A stretch of 64,000 bases of DNA, taken from the human T2T-CHM13v2.0 reference genome, Homo sapiens. This document shows positions 17,671-31,255 of this stretch, piece by piece. The DNA lies in the NCBI RefSeq assembly GCF_009914755.1, contig NC_060934.1. The stretch is one strand, 5' to 3'. Below the pieces are notes generated by a model. That model saw only the letters and a program-made list of their open reading frames with translations. It was not told the DNA's origin and ran no database searches. Positions within the stretch are counted from its first letter, which is position 1, and each line of letters starts with the position of its first letter. Both the position numbers and the translations under genes were made by a program.

Positions 17671-18069
17671 AGTGAGCCATTTTGGCCCCAGGCCTCCTTT
17701 CTCTGTGCTGAGCGCCCAGCTGCCAACCTCCCGGAGTCGTTGGGCTTCTGTTTTTCCTGTCCAAACAGGGAGGGAGCCACTAAACCAAACAGGATGAAAG
17801 GGAAAGAGCGGAGGTCAGGAAGCCTTCTTGGAGAAGGGGATTTCTTCAAGGATGAGTCAGTGATGTCTAGCCAAGGAAGCAGCAAGGATGGAGAGAAGAG
17901 AAGGGGCAAAGCACAGAGGTGGAAATGGCCCATGCAGGGCATCTGCCGGCAGCTGGGAGTTGCTAAGAGCATGGAAGGTTATCAAAGCAGGAGGGATCAG
18001 GGAGGCAGGGGTGTCAGTGACAAATGGCCACAGGTGTGTGCGAAGAAGCCTGAATTTTATCCTACAGCT

Positions 18070-18345
18070 CAGGTGTGGGCAAACTTCTCTGTAACAAGCT
18101 GTCAATCTGTCACAATTACTCAACTCTGCCACGGTAAGCTTGAAAGCAGCCATAAAAGATACATCAGTGAATGCAGATGGCTCTTTCCCAATAAAACTTT
18201 ATTTATAGATATTTGAATCTGAATATCTTATCATGTTCATATGTCGAAAATATAATGTGTCTATTGTTTTTTTCAACCATTTAAAGAGATAGAACCCATC
18301 CTTAGCTCATGGACTATACAAAAAGAAGTGGCCGGTAGACTCCTG
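18070..18345. mobile_element. MER58B (hAT-Charlie) inserted in an antisense L2
   Basis: CAGGTGTGGGCAAACTT...ACTCAACTCTGCCA...CCAATAAAACTTTATTTAT...TTTTTCAACCATTTAAA; L2-like flanks TGAATTTTATCCT / GGGCAATGGGGAAG. Confidence 0.7.
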
Positions 18346-18822
18346 CTGTGGGCAATGGGGAAGTTTTGGGAGGTTTTAAGAAAAAGAAAGACAAGATCTG
18401 GGTTACGTCTTCAAGAGGCCTCTCTGGTGGCCAGTAAAGAACGGACCAGTGAAGGTGTTATTCCAGAGGCTGAGAGACCCTCAGGAGGCCCTTGTGATGG
18501 TTTAGGTGGAAGACAGAAGGGATCCCAGCAAAGGAAATGAGTCACAGAAGCTCCCCTAGAAAGTGATTTCCATCTGACCCACTGGGGCAGTGAGGCAGGT
18601 GTCCCCGGATGTTTCTTCCATGAACAGCAATTGAATTGAATGCCAAATTTGAATTTGGATAACAGCCTCTCATCCTAGCAAACCAGATTAATACTAATCA
18701 CTTTCCCTCCCCACACATATCCAGCTAACTTTCCATAAAATGCTATCCTTAATAAATCCAGAAAACAAACAAAAACCTTCAATGTCTACAATAAGATTAT
18801 AGTATATATATAAGAAATGTCT

Positions 18823-19202
<380 letters not shown>

Positions 19203-19704
19203 TCAGCAAATAAAAAATGAACGCATCAAAAACAGCTCCAATCTCTACTGCCTTCCTCCTGGCCCATGACTTGGGAAATGCAGGGCAGGGTCAGCCTGCC
19301 CCAGGATCCCACACACACTTCTAGGAGGTAGGTGTCTCTGGATCCATGTGGCCTGTGCATGTGACGAGGGGCCTCTTGCTCCTGCAGAAGAGCCATCTGT
19401 GCTTTGCAAAAGAGGTCAGAGTCCCAAGCCATAGCAGCCAAGGGCAGAGACCAAAGTCCAGACCTGTTCCTGAAGCTAAACCACTGTTGCAGGTACCTTT
19501 GCTCTCCGTGATCTTTTGCCAATGACCCAAAAAGAAGCTGTGAATTTCTGACCCTGCACTCATAAATGCTGGTGTCCATCAAGCCCTTACCATGTGGCCC
19601 AATACTTTATATGCATTATTATCTTTCCTAAACTTCACAACAAGCCTATGGGAAATATACTATTTTCTCCACTTTGCAGATGAGGAAACTGAGGCTTAGA
19701 GTAC

Positions 19705-19852
19705 AACCTGTGCCATCATACAGGTCCCCACACCTGGGAAGAATCCATGCTTGGCTTAATGCTCTGCTATCACCATCATAAAATTCTTCATACATTTTAT
19801 AGGAACCCTACATTCGCATTCTGCACAGGACCCTGCAAGTTACATAGCCAAT
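19705..19852. mobile_element. MER91A (hAT-Tip100) inside a MIR
   Basis: ATGCTTGGCTTAATGCTCTGCTATCACCATCATAAAATTCTT...GGACCCTGCAAGTTACATAGCC. Confidence 0.6.
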
Positions 19853-20020
19853 CTCACTCAGGTCTCACGGCTCACTGGTGGTGACATCAGGGGTAATGCA
19901 GGCAGTAGGACTCCAGCACCTGCCTGCCATCCATGACAGTGTTAGAAATTTCATGTAAGTGGCTATTTGATTCCAGGCTGCTAAAAGCCAAAGCCAGGAC
20001 AGACACCAGGCTCTGTTTGA

Positions 20021-20327
<307 letters not shown>

Positions 20328-20914
20328 CCAATTCTGGACTCTTAACTCAGGCAGGACAAACAGTTGGTGGCCTGGGCCCACCCAACTGCCGTGCTCAGTT
20401 GCCTTACTCCCTCCACTCTCAGCCTCCTTGAGAAGCACCTTTCCTCTCTCGGCCACTTCTGTTTCCTCCACAGTGACCTTGGAACGGTGACTAGGAGTGC
20501 TGCAGGTGGTGGCCTTAGAAGGACAGGGGCCAGCCCAGTCCCACTCTCCGGCTGTCACTGAAGAAGCACATGCTCCTCAATGGAGGAAGACAGCTTCAAA
20601 GAGCATCTGAGTTTTAGGAAGGGTAGGAGACAGCTGGAACAGAGGCCGATTCTGCCAGCTGTCATCGGTCTCTGATCTCCTGGCAAGAAAGCTGGCCATA
20701 GAGTAAAACCTCTTTTTAAAAATTCAGCAAACCAGGAGACATACCCTCAGGGTGTAGCTCTGAGGTTCCAATATACATATTTTCCCAGGGCTGAGAAGAC
20801 TGGAAATTTCTCCAGCAAGATCAAATGCAATGCATCTCAACCCAGACCCACCAGGGCAAAAGCAGAATCTGTCCCCGAAGGTCAACGACATCATCACTGA
20901 CATTGAGTCTAGCT

Positions 20915-21110
20915 CAGGCTCTGGAGCTGGTCTGCCTGGGCTTGAATCCTAGCTCTGATGCTCGCTAGCTGATTGGCCTTGGCAAGTTATTTAACCTCTT
21001 CATATCTTTGTTTCTTCCTCTGTAAAACAGAAATAATGATGCCTGCATCAGGGTTATTATGAGGCATAAACAACTTAATATATGTGGAAGAGGAGCTTAA
21101 TAATTGCTAG
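20915..21110 (+). mobile_element. MIR
   Basis: GGCTCTGGAG...CTGCCTGGGCTTGAATCC...GGCAAGTTATTTAACCTC...CTGTAAAA. Confidence 0.7.
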
Positions 21111-21173
21111 TGATTAAAGTTGATATCATCATTTTCAAGCTCTGCTTAGGGACCTGAAGAAATGCTCATTCCC

Positions 21174-21309
21174 TACCTAATGCAAGCGGGGCTTAAAACC
21201 TAGATGACGGGTTGATGGGTGCAGCAAACCACCATGGCACGTGTATACCTATGTAACAAACCTGCATGTTCTGCACCTGTATCCCAGAACTTAAAGTAAA
21301 ATTTTTAAA
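21174..21309 (+). mobile_element. Very short L1PA (about PA8-PA11) 3'-end insertion
   Basis: GGGGCTTAAAACCTAGATGACGGGTTGATGGGTGCAGCAAACCACCATGG; TSD AAATGCTCATTCCC / AAATGTTCATTCCC (21160-21173, 21310-21323). Confidence 0.88.
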
Positions 21310-22979
21310 AAATGTTCATTCCCCCGGAAGTAGCCCCAACCTTGCCATGCCCTAAATCCGCTGCTCTAAAATCCCTAACACAAGCAAGAAGTATTGCCTC
21401 TTCTTGACCAACTGCAAGGAAGTGCCTGCTTCTCCAGGACACCTACAAGGGCAGCTCACAGAGCCATGCCCCTCGGGGGACTTCTTGACCTTGGTGGTGG
21501 AGGCCTTGGCAGACGCTCAGGTGTTTGGTTCCATATTTGCTTCCAGATAAGACTGTTTAGTAGACATGCAACTGCTTAGCTATGCCCCAAGGCATGGGGC
21601 AAGCCACCAGCCAGGGAGGGCCCACTTCCTCTGACTCATCTGCACACATGACAGGCCACCAGCCCCATCCGCCAATAGCAAGGCAAAGCTGACTCAGGCA
21701 ACATGAGATTACGAGAGCATCTCCCTCCCCTCCTACTTCAGTCCACAGCAATCTGTGCCTCCAACCTTCTTTGTGCTACAAAGATAACTCACTGGTCCAG
21801 GATTATCATGGTACCTCTGTGACAGGCTCATCAGCAGGGCTGCTCTTGCCAATCTCTTACTGCTCAGAGCCTGGCCCTTGTAGCTCTGCCCGCTCTTCCC
21901 TGGTCCTGAACCTTGCTTCTGCTCCTTGGACTCCCAGGTTGGGCTTCTTCCTGGTCAGTCTTATGCAGGTCTGACCACAACTAGTCCCACTATGAAGCCC
22001 ATCAGAAATGAGGTCAATGCATCACTGGCCCAGTTTCACAGAAAGATGGACGGGGGCACAAATGGCTGCTGGAATCCAGGTCCTGACAAATAGAGACTTG
22101 ATAGAGCATGGTTGAATATTTCTCATATAGGGACACAAGTCCAGAAGGCATATGGCATCTCTGAGTACTGGATGTCATACCAGGAGAGTCTCATCTCAAA
22201 AGGAGGTGATGATCATGTATTTGGCCTTCAAAGCCCATGCTGCTATAATTTTCTAAGATCTGAAATCTGAGTAATACAACAGCAGTCAGCTTCATGACCA
22301 AGAGCCCATCCTTGAGGGAAACTGACTCTTCCTCCTCTGATGAGTGACTTGACTTTCCAGGCAAGTAAAGCAGGATTGAGCTTACTCCTGGGTCTCAGGG
22401 TTGCCTCCCTGGCCTGGGGCAGAGCAGATGAAGAGGAAGTGGGTGTTGATTCTTAGTGGTTTGGGGCTTCAACCTTGTCACCTACCTTTCAGGCCTAGCC
22501 TCAGTCCTGACTCAACAGGAGAGGCCAACACACCCAACTCCACTTCCTAAAGGCTTTGGTGCCCAACCCCAAGTCCTGATCACTACTCAGGAAGGAAATA
22601 CAAGGAAATGCCTTCCAGGTAGGAAAGGAGGTATAACCATATGTAGATAAAAAAGGAACTTTCCATTTCTGTAAATTGAAGTCTTATTCACACAAGAGAC
22701 AGATTGCAGGGGGCTGGATTTATGGGGTAAGATGATTAAATTATGTGTCCTCTTTCATATGTCATGCTTTATCACGTATTACTAAGGATCTGATTTGGTG
22801 GCAATTTGTTGATTTCTTCAGTTCTTAGCTCAGTTACAAAAACGCAGTGAGCAGGACTTGGGTACCCTGCCAGTCAGCTCCTTAGGGTCAGAGAAACACC
22901 GTCAGTCCACAGTGCTTTATAACCACCCAACCACCTTAGACGGGGCCTTGGTATTCACTACCCACTCGTCCTCCCCTAG

Positions 22980-23379
<400 letters not shown>

Positions 23380-25771
23380 TTGTTCCATAAATGTTTTTAA
23401 AGAAGAACATGCTCCCTGAAATCCAGCCCATACGCCATTCAGTCTCTGACTCTGTCTCTGACAGAGACACTCAAGAGTGAGCTGGGAGAAGGCCTGGCTG
23501 TCTGACATCACCTAGGAGGCTGAGGTCTGACCCAGTCTTCCAGACCCTAAGAAGTCTCACAGAGAACCCAGCACTCGGCTGCACTTAAGGTTTCCACAGC
23601 ACGCTGTTCCAGCATCACCTCCAGCTCCCTATGGGAAGCCCACACACCTGGCCAAGGGACACTGGAGCATGCACTCCCTGCACAGTCCTCTCAGCCACTC
23701 TAGCCCTTTGCTCACGTTCTTCTCTGACCCCAGAACAACCTCCCTACCCTTCTCCAAGCTGTCCCTCAAAACCCATTGATCACTTAAGAATCTCCATAGC
23801 AGATCTTTTGTACTTGGCATACTGAACTCTGACCACATGCTGGGCAGTTTGCTGGATGACAGGAGTACCAAGAGGACGAAAACACATGCCTGCTCTCAGG
23901 CCACTCAGACTATCGGGGGAGGTGAACAGAGGAACAAATGGCTGCAACTCCTGCACAGTCAGACTGGCTGGGGTGAGTCTCAGCCCCACAACGCACTAGC
24001 CGGGTGACCTGAAGCAAGTCGCTTAACTTAAAATGTCTGTTTCCTCTTCTCTCATATGAGGACAAGCATGGTACTGATTTCACCAGGCCGTTGTCGCAGT
24101 TGTATGAATTAATATAATTAAAGACAACATTTATTTTACTCAAAAATTACTGGAGTAAGAGGAGTGAAGGTAATGCACAAGCTATATTACTTGGTTTTGT
24201 ACCAAGCTCTTATCAGATTGCTTTCACTAGATTGGTGCCCTGTGCACATGGCAGGCCCTCAAGAAATGTTTGTAACCCTTCCTTGAACATGCTCTGCACT
24301 TTACCCAGCTTTTCTGTTCTCATCACCTCTTCAACATTGTTTGTATAAAAATTATGTATTCTGCAAGGATGAGATCAGATGCCACCTCCCCTAATTAGGT
24401 TTACATGCTTCATGATTCCCAGACGAACAACTTCCCTGTCTTGTTTTTGGATTTCTCAGGCATCTAAAAACAGGTCCTCACCACCTTCAGTTATACCCAT
24501 CCATATAGGTATACTATATGCTCCTATCAGACCACAGCTCCTTGAAGACAAATACTGAGATTCATGCATTGTTATTTGGGGCCAAGGCTCTAGCGACAGA
24601 ACAATTAAAAAGCAGTGCTATTTCTGTAGGGGAGCACTCCAAAACTCCTTTCCAAAACCTTTTTCTCATAAGCCCATGAGCCAGAATGGCTTTCCAGAAC
24701 CTCATTTTTATCAAAAATAGAAACCAATCTGACCACGCACACTTTATATCAGAGTGAAATGGAACATCCCAAACTTTTATCAACATGCATTTTCTGTTCC
24801 CGGTATATAATAAAGGGTCCCAATGTTTATCTAACATTTTTCTGAAATCAGTATGTAACACTCTCCACTTCTGAATCTGATGGGGCACCAGTCAGTTTCA
24901 TAGTCATCACTGGAGAGACTCTGTGCCAGATTTTGTCTTCAGTTGTAACACAGGATCACATGGTCACTCTACTGAGCTATTCCCACCCACACTCTTGGTT
25001 CTAGGGATGATGAAGGGAAAAACAAAATGGTTCTAGCACCTGGATGCAGACCGTTGCATGTTCGACGTCCTTTTCTTGTGCTCCATATGAAACATGTCCC
25101 AGATCCTTCACGAGCAACCCTCCACTGTTCAGTTTCATAGGAGCGCAGAAAACAAGTCCAGTTTCAAGTAGGTAGTAATTTCTGTTTCATTTCATGAACA
25201 AAATAGAGATGCAGCAATAAATTACATGATTTGAGCCCTCATTAGTAGACAGTAAATGTCACTGTTTATTAAAAAGCTAATAATCCATTCAATTTTTTAA
25301 ATTAAGCAATAAGACTCTAATATAATAAATTTGAATAATTAAGCCTAATATTAATGGAGTGAAAACATGAGGGAAGAAAGAAGTTCTAAAATCTTTATTT
25401 TTCCCTCCACATAAAACATGTTAATAATGATCCCACAGGTGAAAGAAGTTTCTATGTGCATACCAGTGGAGTACTTATTTGTCAAAGCAAGAACTCACAC
25501 GTATGCTTAGATGGCTGGAAATCTCTAGGGAAGTACAGAGAACTCTCCTAACTCAGCCCTCACTATTGACTCCTAGCTCTATTTTTACCTGATCTGTTTT
25601 TATTGCTGGACTCCACTCTCTTTCCATTACATACAGCCTAAGAATTTTCTACTCCAGCTAGAAAGAGCTCTGACTAGGACACAAGTTTACAACCAGGATG
25701 GTTGGTCTGTACGTGCTGTCTTCTCCCTGCTCAATAAAAGGAGAGCATCCTTGTGTTAGAAATAGCTTGGT

Positions 25772-25860
25772 ATCTGCGGCCATACCACCCTGGACACACC
25801 TGATCTTGTCTGATCTTGGCAGCTAAGCAGGGTCTGGCCCAGTTAATACTTGGATGGAAG
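25772..25860 (+). pseudogene. RNA5SP: 5S rRNA pseudogene, 3'-truncated (nt 1-89)
   Basis: Ungapped manual alignment to human 5S nt 1-89 (as recalled) gives 14 mismatches, many at CpG; box C cut short; no terminator; family member number unknown. Confidence 0.93.
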
Positions 25861-27651
25861 AAACAACTTTGCACAACAGTTCTAAACAAAGCACAGTTTG
25901 AACTTATTCTTCCTGCCACACAGCCTTCCCACCACGTGAGGCCGTAGCATCATCTCTGCTTGGAAACTCTACACCAAGATTGCACCATCACGCCCTGAAG
26001 AAGGCAAGAAGCCTTTTCTCAGGCCACTGAATATAGGCTTATGTAAACAGGCAGTATAACTCAGTAGGCGGAGATGAAACATTTGCACTTCTCTCCAAGC
26101 ATTATAATGAGAAAGCAAAACTCTTTATACAAGCTAAACCCTTTTCTACATTCTTAAGTGTCCAAACAAACTTTTCCCCAGCAGCCTGCACTTCTATGGC
26201 TTTGCATTATTGGGATAAGCCAAGAGGGAGGGAACAGGAGCCTTTCCTCCTAAGCTCAGAGAGATCAAAGAAAACAAAGCTAGAGAGTGTGAGGGATTCT
26301 GCTTGGTGAGCATTTCTCAGCAGAGCGGACTTTCTGTGTCTGGGCTGCGGGCCCCTGAGTGTCCGGTGCTCTGAGGACACCTTCAGTGGAATCTGTGGAA
26401 GGTACACATCAGATCTGCTCCCAGTAATAATGCCCTGCTTTGCAGAGGCTGTTTTGCTTTCCCAGGTGCTTTCATGTCTTTTATTGATCAACAAGCAAAC
26501 ACTTACTGAGCGCCTATCAGATGCAGGGCCCCAGGTGGAGTTATCTCACCGACAGATCATCTCACGGCCCCAGTCTTCAGATATATGTGCCACTCTGAAA
26601 AGAAAATAAGGCCCAGATCTGCCTTCAAGATGTTTATAGTTTATTTGGAGACATAAGCAGAGTCCCACAGAAAGAGAAATAATACTGCAAAGCACTCTAT
26701 TTTAAGTTAGTCTTCCTCAAACTTTGATCATAATCACAACCACATTAGGAGCTTATTAAAAGTCAAAGGGGCCTGGATCACATCTTTGGAGATTCTAATT
26801 CCATGGGAATGAAGCCTGGGTCCCTGTATTTTTAACAAGCAGCCACAAAGATTAAAAATTTAAAACCTAAGACAGTGCCTAAGTGGCAAATGAGACAGTC
26901 ACTCCTGTTGGCCGAGGTCAAAGGACTCCAGCAAGGTCAGACATAAAAGAGACCTGCAAGGGCAGACAGGAGGCTGAGAGCAGAAAGGCAGAAAGGGGCA
27001 AGGTAGGAAGTTAGGAGGGAGAGGGGGATAGGGTCCCAAGAACAAGTGCAATATTCATGTAGGGGACAGAATGCAGAAAATTCTGGATGTAGGAGAAGGC
27101 TGCCCTAGAGGATTGAGAGATCAAGACAGACAGGTAGGTCTGGAGTCCAGGGCCGTGGGACTGCAGTCTGGGCCCTGATATTTTATCATATCAAAGTAAG
27201 GAGGATCATGAATGACAGGTGTTTACTTTAGCCTGGAGGCAAAGGGTGCCTCAGGAATGGCAGGGCCATGAGAGCAGAGAATTTTAGACAGAGGTCCCGT
27301 GCTAGGCCTGGATTGAAACCATCAGGAAGACCGGAAGCTGGGCCCAAGGTTCTAGTAAGATATTTTAATATCCTGTTCTACCCTCACCACAGATCAACGA
27401 ACTCAGCAAGATAGATAATATTATCTTCTTTCTGTAGAGAGAAAACTGGAGCACAAAGTGGCCAAACAGCAAGAGGAAACCTGGGGAAGCCAGAACAGCC
27501 ATGTGGCTGGCGCTCATCTTTGACAAATCAATCCACTGCATTTCAAGCCTATTCAACATACATTTATTGAGTGCCTACTACCAGCAAGAAACAAGAAGCA
27601 GCAAGATAAACGGAGTGCCGTTCCTGCCCTCAGGGAGCTCACCTCCCAGGG

Positions 27652-27865
27652 GAGGAGCTGGCAAACATTTTCTGTGAAGAACCGGATAGTGAATACTTCA
27701 GACTGTGCAGGCCAGTTAGTCTCTGTAGCAAATGCTCACCTCTGACATAGCACAAAAGTGGCCATGCACAATACACGAACAAATGAGCATATCTGTGTTC
27801 CAATAAAACTTTATTTACAAAACATGCAGTGGGCCGGATTCGACCTGTAATGTACCAATCCCTAA
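27652..27865. mobile_element. MER58A
   Basis: GGCAAACATTTTCTGTGAAG...TGTGTTCCAATAAAACTTTATTTACAAAA...GGGCCGGATT. Confidence 0.75.
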
Positions 27866-28288
27866 TCTAGTGGGTAAAACAAACCCCTTCATGGCTACTT
27901 ATAAAACAAGAGAGGTGTGTTATAAATAAAACGACTTTGCAGCCCAAAGGAAAGATAGAGTAATTTAGTCTGGCCATGGATGACTGGGGAGGCAGCACTG
28001 GAGTAGGACAAGTACTTAGTTTTCTAGGTCTCAGTTAAAACGATGGGGCTGAATCAGAAGCACATGGACGGCCCTTCTTGTTCCCGTGTTCTCTGACTTG
28101 GATGTGGTGCTCCTTTCCTGCCCAGAGTCTTCCAACTGCACAAACAACGTGGCCTCTCCCAAGCTCCCTGGGCCTCTCCTCACCTCTACCATCAAGATTT
28201 GAATGTCAATTAAGGAATAAAAATTCCTAAATGATCCTGGAAGGCTGAACACACACACACACACGCACAAAGTGTGTGTACATCCTAC

Positions 28289-29475
28289 TGTGTCCGGAAT
28301 TGGTGGGTTCTTGGTCTGACTTCAAGAATGAAGCCGCAGACCCTCGCGGTGAGTGTTACAGCTCTTAAGGTGGCGCGTCTGGAGTTTGTTCCTTCTGATG
28401 TTCGGATGTGTTCGGAGTTTCTTCCTTCTGGTGGGTTCATGGTCTCGCTGGCTCAGGCAGGAGTGAAGCTGCAGACCTTCGCGGTGTTACAGCTCATAAA
28501 GGCAGCGTGGGCCCAAAGAGTGAGCAGCAGCAGGATTTATCGCAAAGAGGGAAAGAACAAAGCTTCCACAGTGTGGAAGGGGACCCGGGTTGCCACTGCT
28601 GGCTGCGGCAGCCTGCTTTCATTCTCTTATCTGGCCCCACCCACATCTTGCTGATTGGTCCATTTTACAGAGAGCCAAGTGGTCTCTTTTGACAGGGTGC
28701 TGATTGGTGCGTTCACAATCCCTGAGCTAGACACAAAGGTTCTCTAAGTCCCCACCAGAGTAGCTAGATACAGAGTGTCCACTGGTGCATTCACAAACCC
28801 TGAGCTAGACACAGGGTGCTGATTGGTGTGTTTACAAACCTTGAGCTAGATACAGAGTGCCGACTGGTGTATTTACAATCTCTTAGCTAGACATAAAGGT
28901 TTTCCAAGTCCCCACCAGACTCAGGAGCCCAGCTGGCTTCACCCAGTGGATCCCGCACCGGGGCCGCAGGTGGAGCTGCCTGCCAGTCCCGCGCCGTGCG
29001 CCCGCACTCCTCAGCCCTTGGGTGGTCGATGGGACTGGGCGCCGTGGAGCAGGGGGCGGCGCTCCTCGGGGAGGCTCGGGCAGCACAGGAGCCCACGGAG
29101 GGGCAGGGAGGCTCAGGCATGGCGGGCTGCAGGTCCTGAGCCCTGCCCTGCGGGAAGGCAGCTAAGGCCCGGTGAGAAATTGAGCACAGCAGCTGCTGGC
29201 CCAAGTGCTAAGCCCGCTGAGCCCACACCCACCCGGAACTCGCGCTGGCCCGCAAGCACCGCTGGCAGCCCCTGTTCCCGCCCGCGCCTCTCCCTCCACA
29301 CCTCCCCGCAAGCTGAGGGAGCCGGCTCCGGCCTTGGCCACCCCAGAAAGGGGCTCCCACAGTGCAGCAGCGGTCTGAAGGGCTCCTCAAGTGCCGCCAA
29401 AGTGGGAGCCCAGGCAGAAGAGGCGCCCAGAGCGAGCGAGGGCTGTGAGGACTGCCAGCACGCTGTCACCTCTCA
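28289..29475 (-). mobile_element. Solo LTR12C (HERV9/ERV9 LTR)
   Basis: Minus strand begins TGAGAGGTGACAGCGTGCTGGCAG and ends CCAATTCCGGACACA; 4-bp TSD CTAC (28285-28288, 29476-29479); CpG-rich U3 with tandem CCAAT repeats. Confidence 0.95.
28617..28870 (-). promoter_or_regulatory. LTR12 U3 enhancer/promoter: NF-Y (CCAAT) repeats and a GATA site
   Basis: ATTGG at 28654-28658, 28703-28707 and 28822-28826; TTATCT at 28627-28632. LTR12 NF-Y/GATA promoter activity is established for the family, not shown for this copy. Confidence 0.55.
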
Positions 29476-30139
29476 CTACCACCGCCAGATGCTAAGTCTA
29501 AATTTATTTCTCCCTCCTTCCCAGAACCTCTCCCTCCTGAAAAAGGTCCAGCTGCTTCTGTACCAGACACTCTAGCGAGACTCAAATGTTCTTCCTGACC
29601 AAATGCCCACCTCAAGAAGAACCTGGAGCCAGGAAGAAACCAAGGGTGGCCACACACCTCATCTGCCCTGCTGTGCTGGTGCCAGGCGAGAAAACAGAAA
29701 TAGAGCCACGGAGCTCAACAGCAACACCTCATATGGTGCCAGCAGGCAGCGAGCAAGGCCCAGGCAGATAAACACATTAAGGCAGGCTGTGCAGCGCAGG
29801 CCACGTCCAGGCCTCAGAGGGACTTCATCTCAGCCAGCCAAGGTCAACTCCATTCTAAGGCTTAGTCAGCCTCCTCCTCTGGGGGCTCAGACTCCCCTGG
29901 CCAAGATCACTCATGTACCAAGAGGATTGGACAAGGCCACGAGTGAGGCCAGGTGCCAGCAGGGCAAAGGCAGGCAAAAGGCACCACAGATCGCATGTGG
30001 TGGCAGCAAGCCAGCTGTGTATAGATTCAAGCCTCAGACCCACCTCTGAAAATCCTACCCTACTCAAGCCTGACCACCTCCTCCAGGAAGCCCTCCTGGC
30101 TCTTGCTAATTAGCAGTAAATTGTGTGTTCTCTTAACAT

Positions 30140-30345
30140 CTAGAGTAATACTTCTCAACATAGGGTTGCGAGACCAGCATCATCAATAAGCACCACCTGG
30201 GAAGTTGCTGGAACTGCTGTTGGAAGTTCTCAGGCCCCACCCAGGCCAAGCAACTTAGAAACTCTGAGGGTGGGACCCAGCAATTGGTGTTTTAATAATG
30301 TCCTCCTAGTGATTCTAAAGCAGGCTGTGGTTTGGGAGCCACTAA
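30140..30345. mobile_element. MER5A
   Basis: GCACCACCTGGGAAGTTG...TTCTCAGGCCCCACCC...GAAACTCTGAGGGTGGGACCCAGCAAT. Confidence 0.7.
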
Positions 30346-30884
30346 TCCAAAGTCTAGATTCTAAACCACTAACTGGACACCTGTGTTTTACATGCAATCC
30401 CTGTGCTCCTGGCTTCCCTGGGAATGTGGTTGCATTTCAGAGCCTGGATCGCACATGCCCATCAATCCCCCACCTTGCCCAGCCCAGGATGCCACAGCAA
30501 GTACTTCCTCAGCAAACACCTGTGGAATTTAATTAGCTTGAGTTCAGATACCACCATCAGGTTACAAAATCACAGAACCTGAATGCTGAAAGAGGCTTTA
30601 GTGCCCATCCAGCCCAACTGCCCATCAAGGCTCTGCCAGGACCCAGCTTCTCCACGTTTCTCTCAGGTCAGGTCAGATGCTCCACTAATGCCTGGGAGTT
30701 CAGTCTCATTCGTTCGCCCAGCAAATATTGACTGAGCATGGGTGCGAGGCACACACAGATGTTCCTGCACACAAGTGAACGAGACCAATGAGAATCCTTG
30801 CTCGGAGGGAGCAGATATTCCAGTGGCAGGAGAGACCCAATCAATAGCAATAAATAAATAAAACAAAAAAAAACCCATATGCTT

Positions 30885-31255
30885 TAACCATTAGAAAACA
30901 TCAGACACACCAAAATATACAGACCGCCTATGAAAATAACTAACCAGCACTCTTCACCAATGTCAAAGTCATGAAAGGTAAGGAAAGACGAGTCACAAAA
31001 GCACACTAAGGAGACATGGTGGGTACATGCAATGTGGGACCCTGGACTGGATCCTGGAAAAGAAAAACAGCATCAGTGGGAAAAGTGATGATATTTGAGG
31101 AAGGCTTAAAGTTTGACATGCAGTTTTAGACCAACATGAACCTTGTTCTATTCTATAGTGATGTAAGATGTGAACAATTACGGGAAACTGGCTAACAGGT
31201 AGACAGGAATTCTCTGTACTAATTTGCAAATTTTCTGTATAATATTTTGATGGCA
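30885..31255 (+). mobile_element. Old L1 3' UTR fragment (L1MC4-like)
   Basis: TGTCAAAGTCATGAAAG...TGCAATGTGGGACCCTGGACTGGATCCTGGAA...GGAATTCTCTGTACTA. Confidence 0.65.

Noticed and set aside
25772-25860. Functional 5S rRNA gene
   Set aside because: About 16% diverged, truncated within box C, no terminator
28680-28900. Repeat-spacer-like periodicity (GAGCTAGACACA / GATTGGTG units)
   Set aside because: Normal LTR12 tandem enhancer repeats, not a CRISPR-like array
28946-29575. 209-aa ORF and overlapping minus-strand ORFs
   Set aside because: They lie in the GC-rich U3 of LTR12C, where stop codons are scarce; non-ATG start; low-complexity P/A/R/G product
29603-30049. 148-aa ORF next to the LTR12C 5' end
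   Set aside because: No homology I recognise; could at most reflect divergent LTR transcription, which I cannot support
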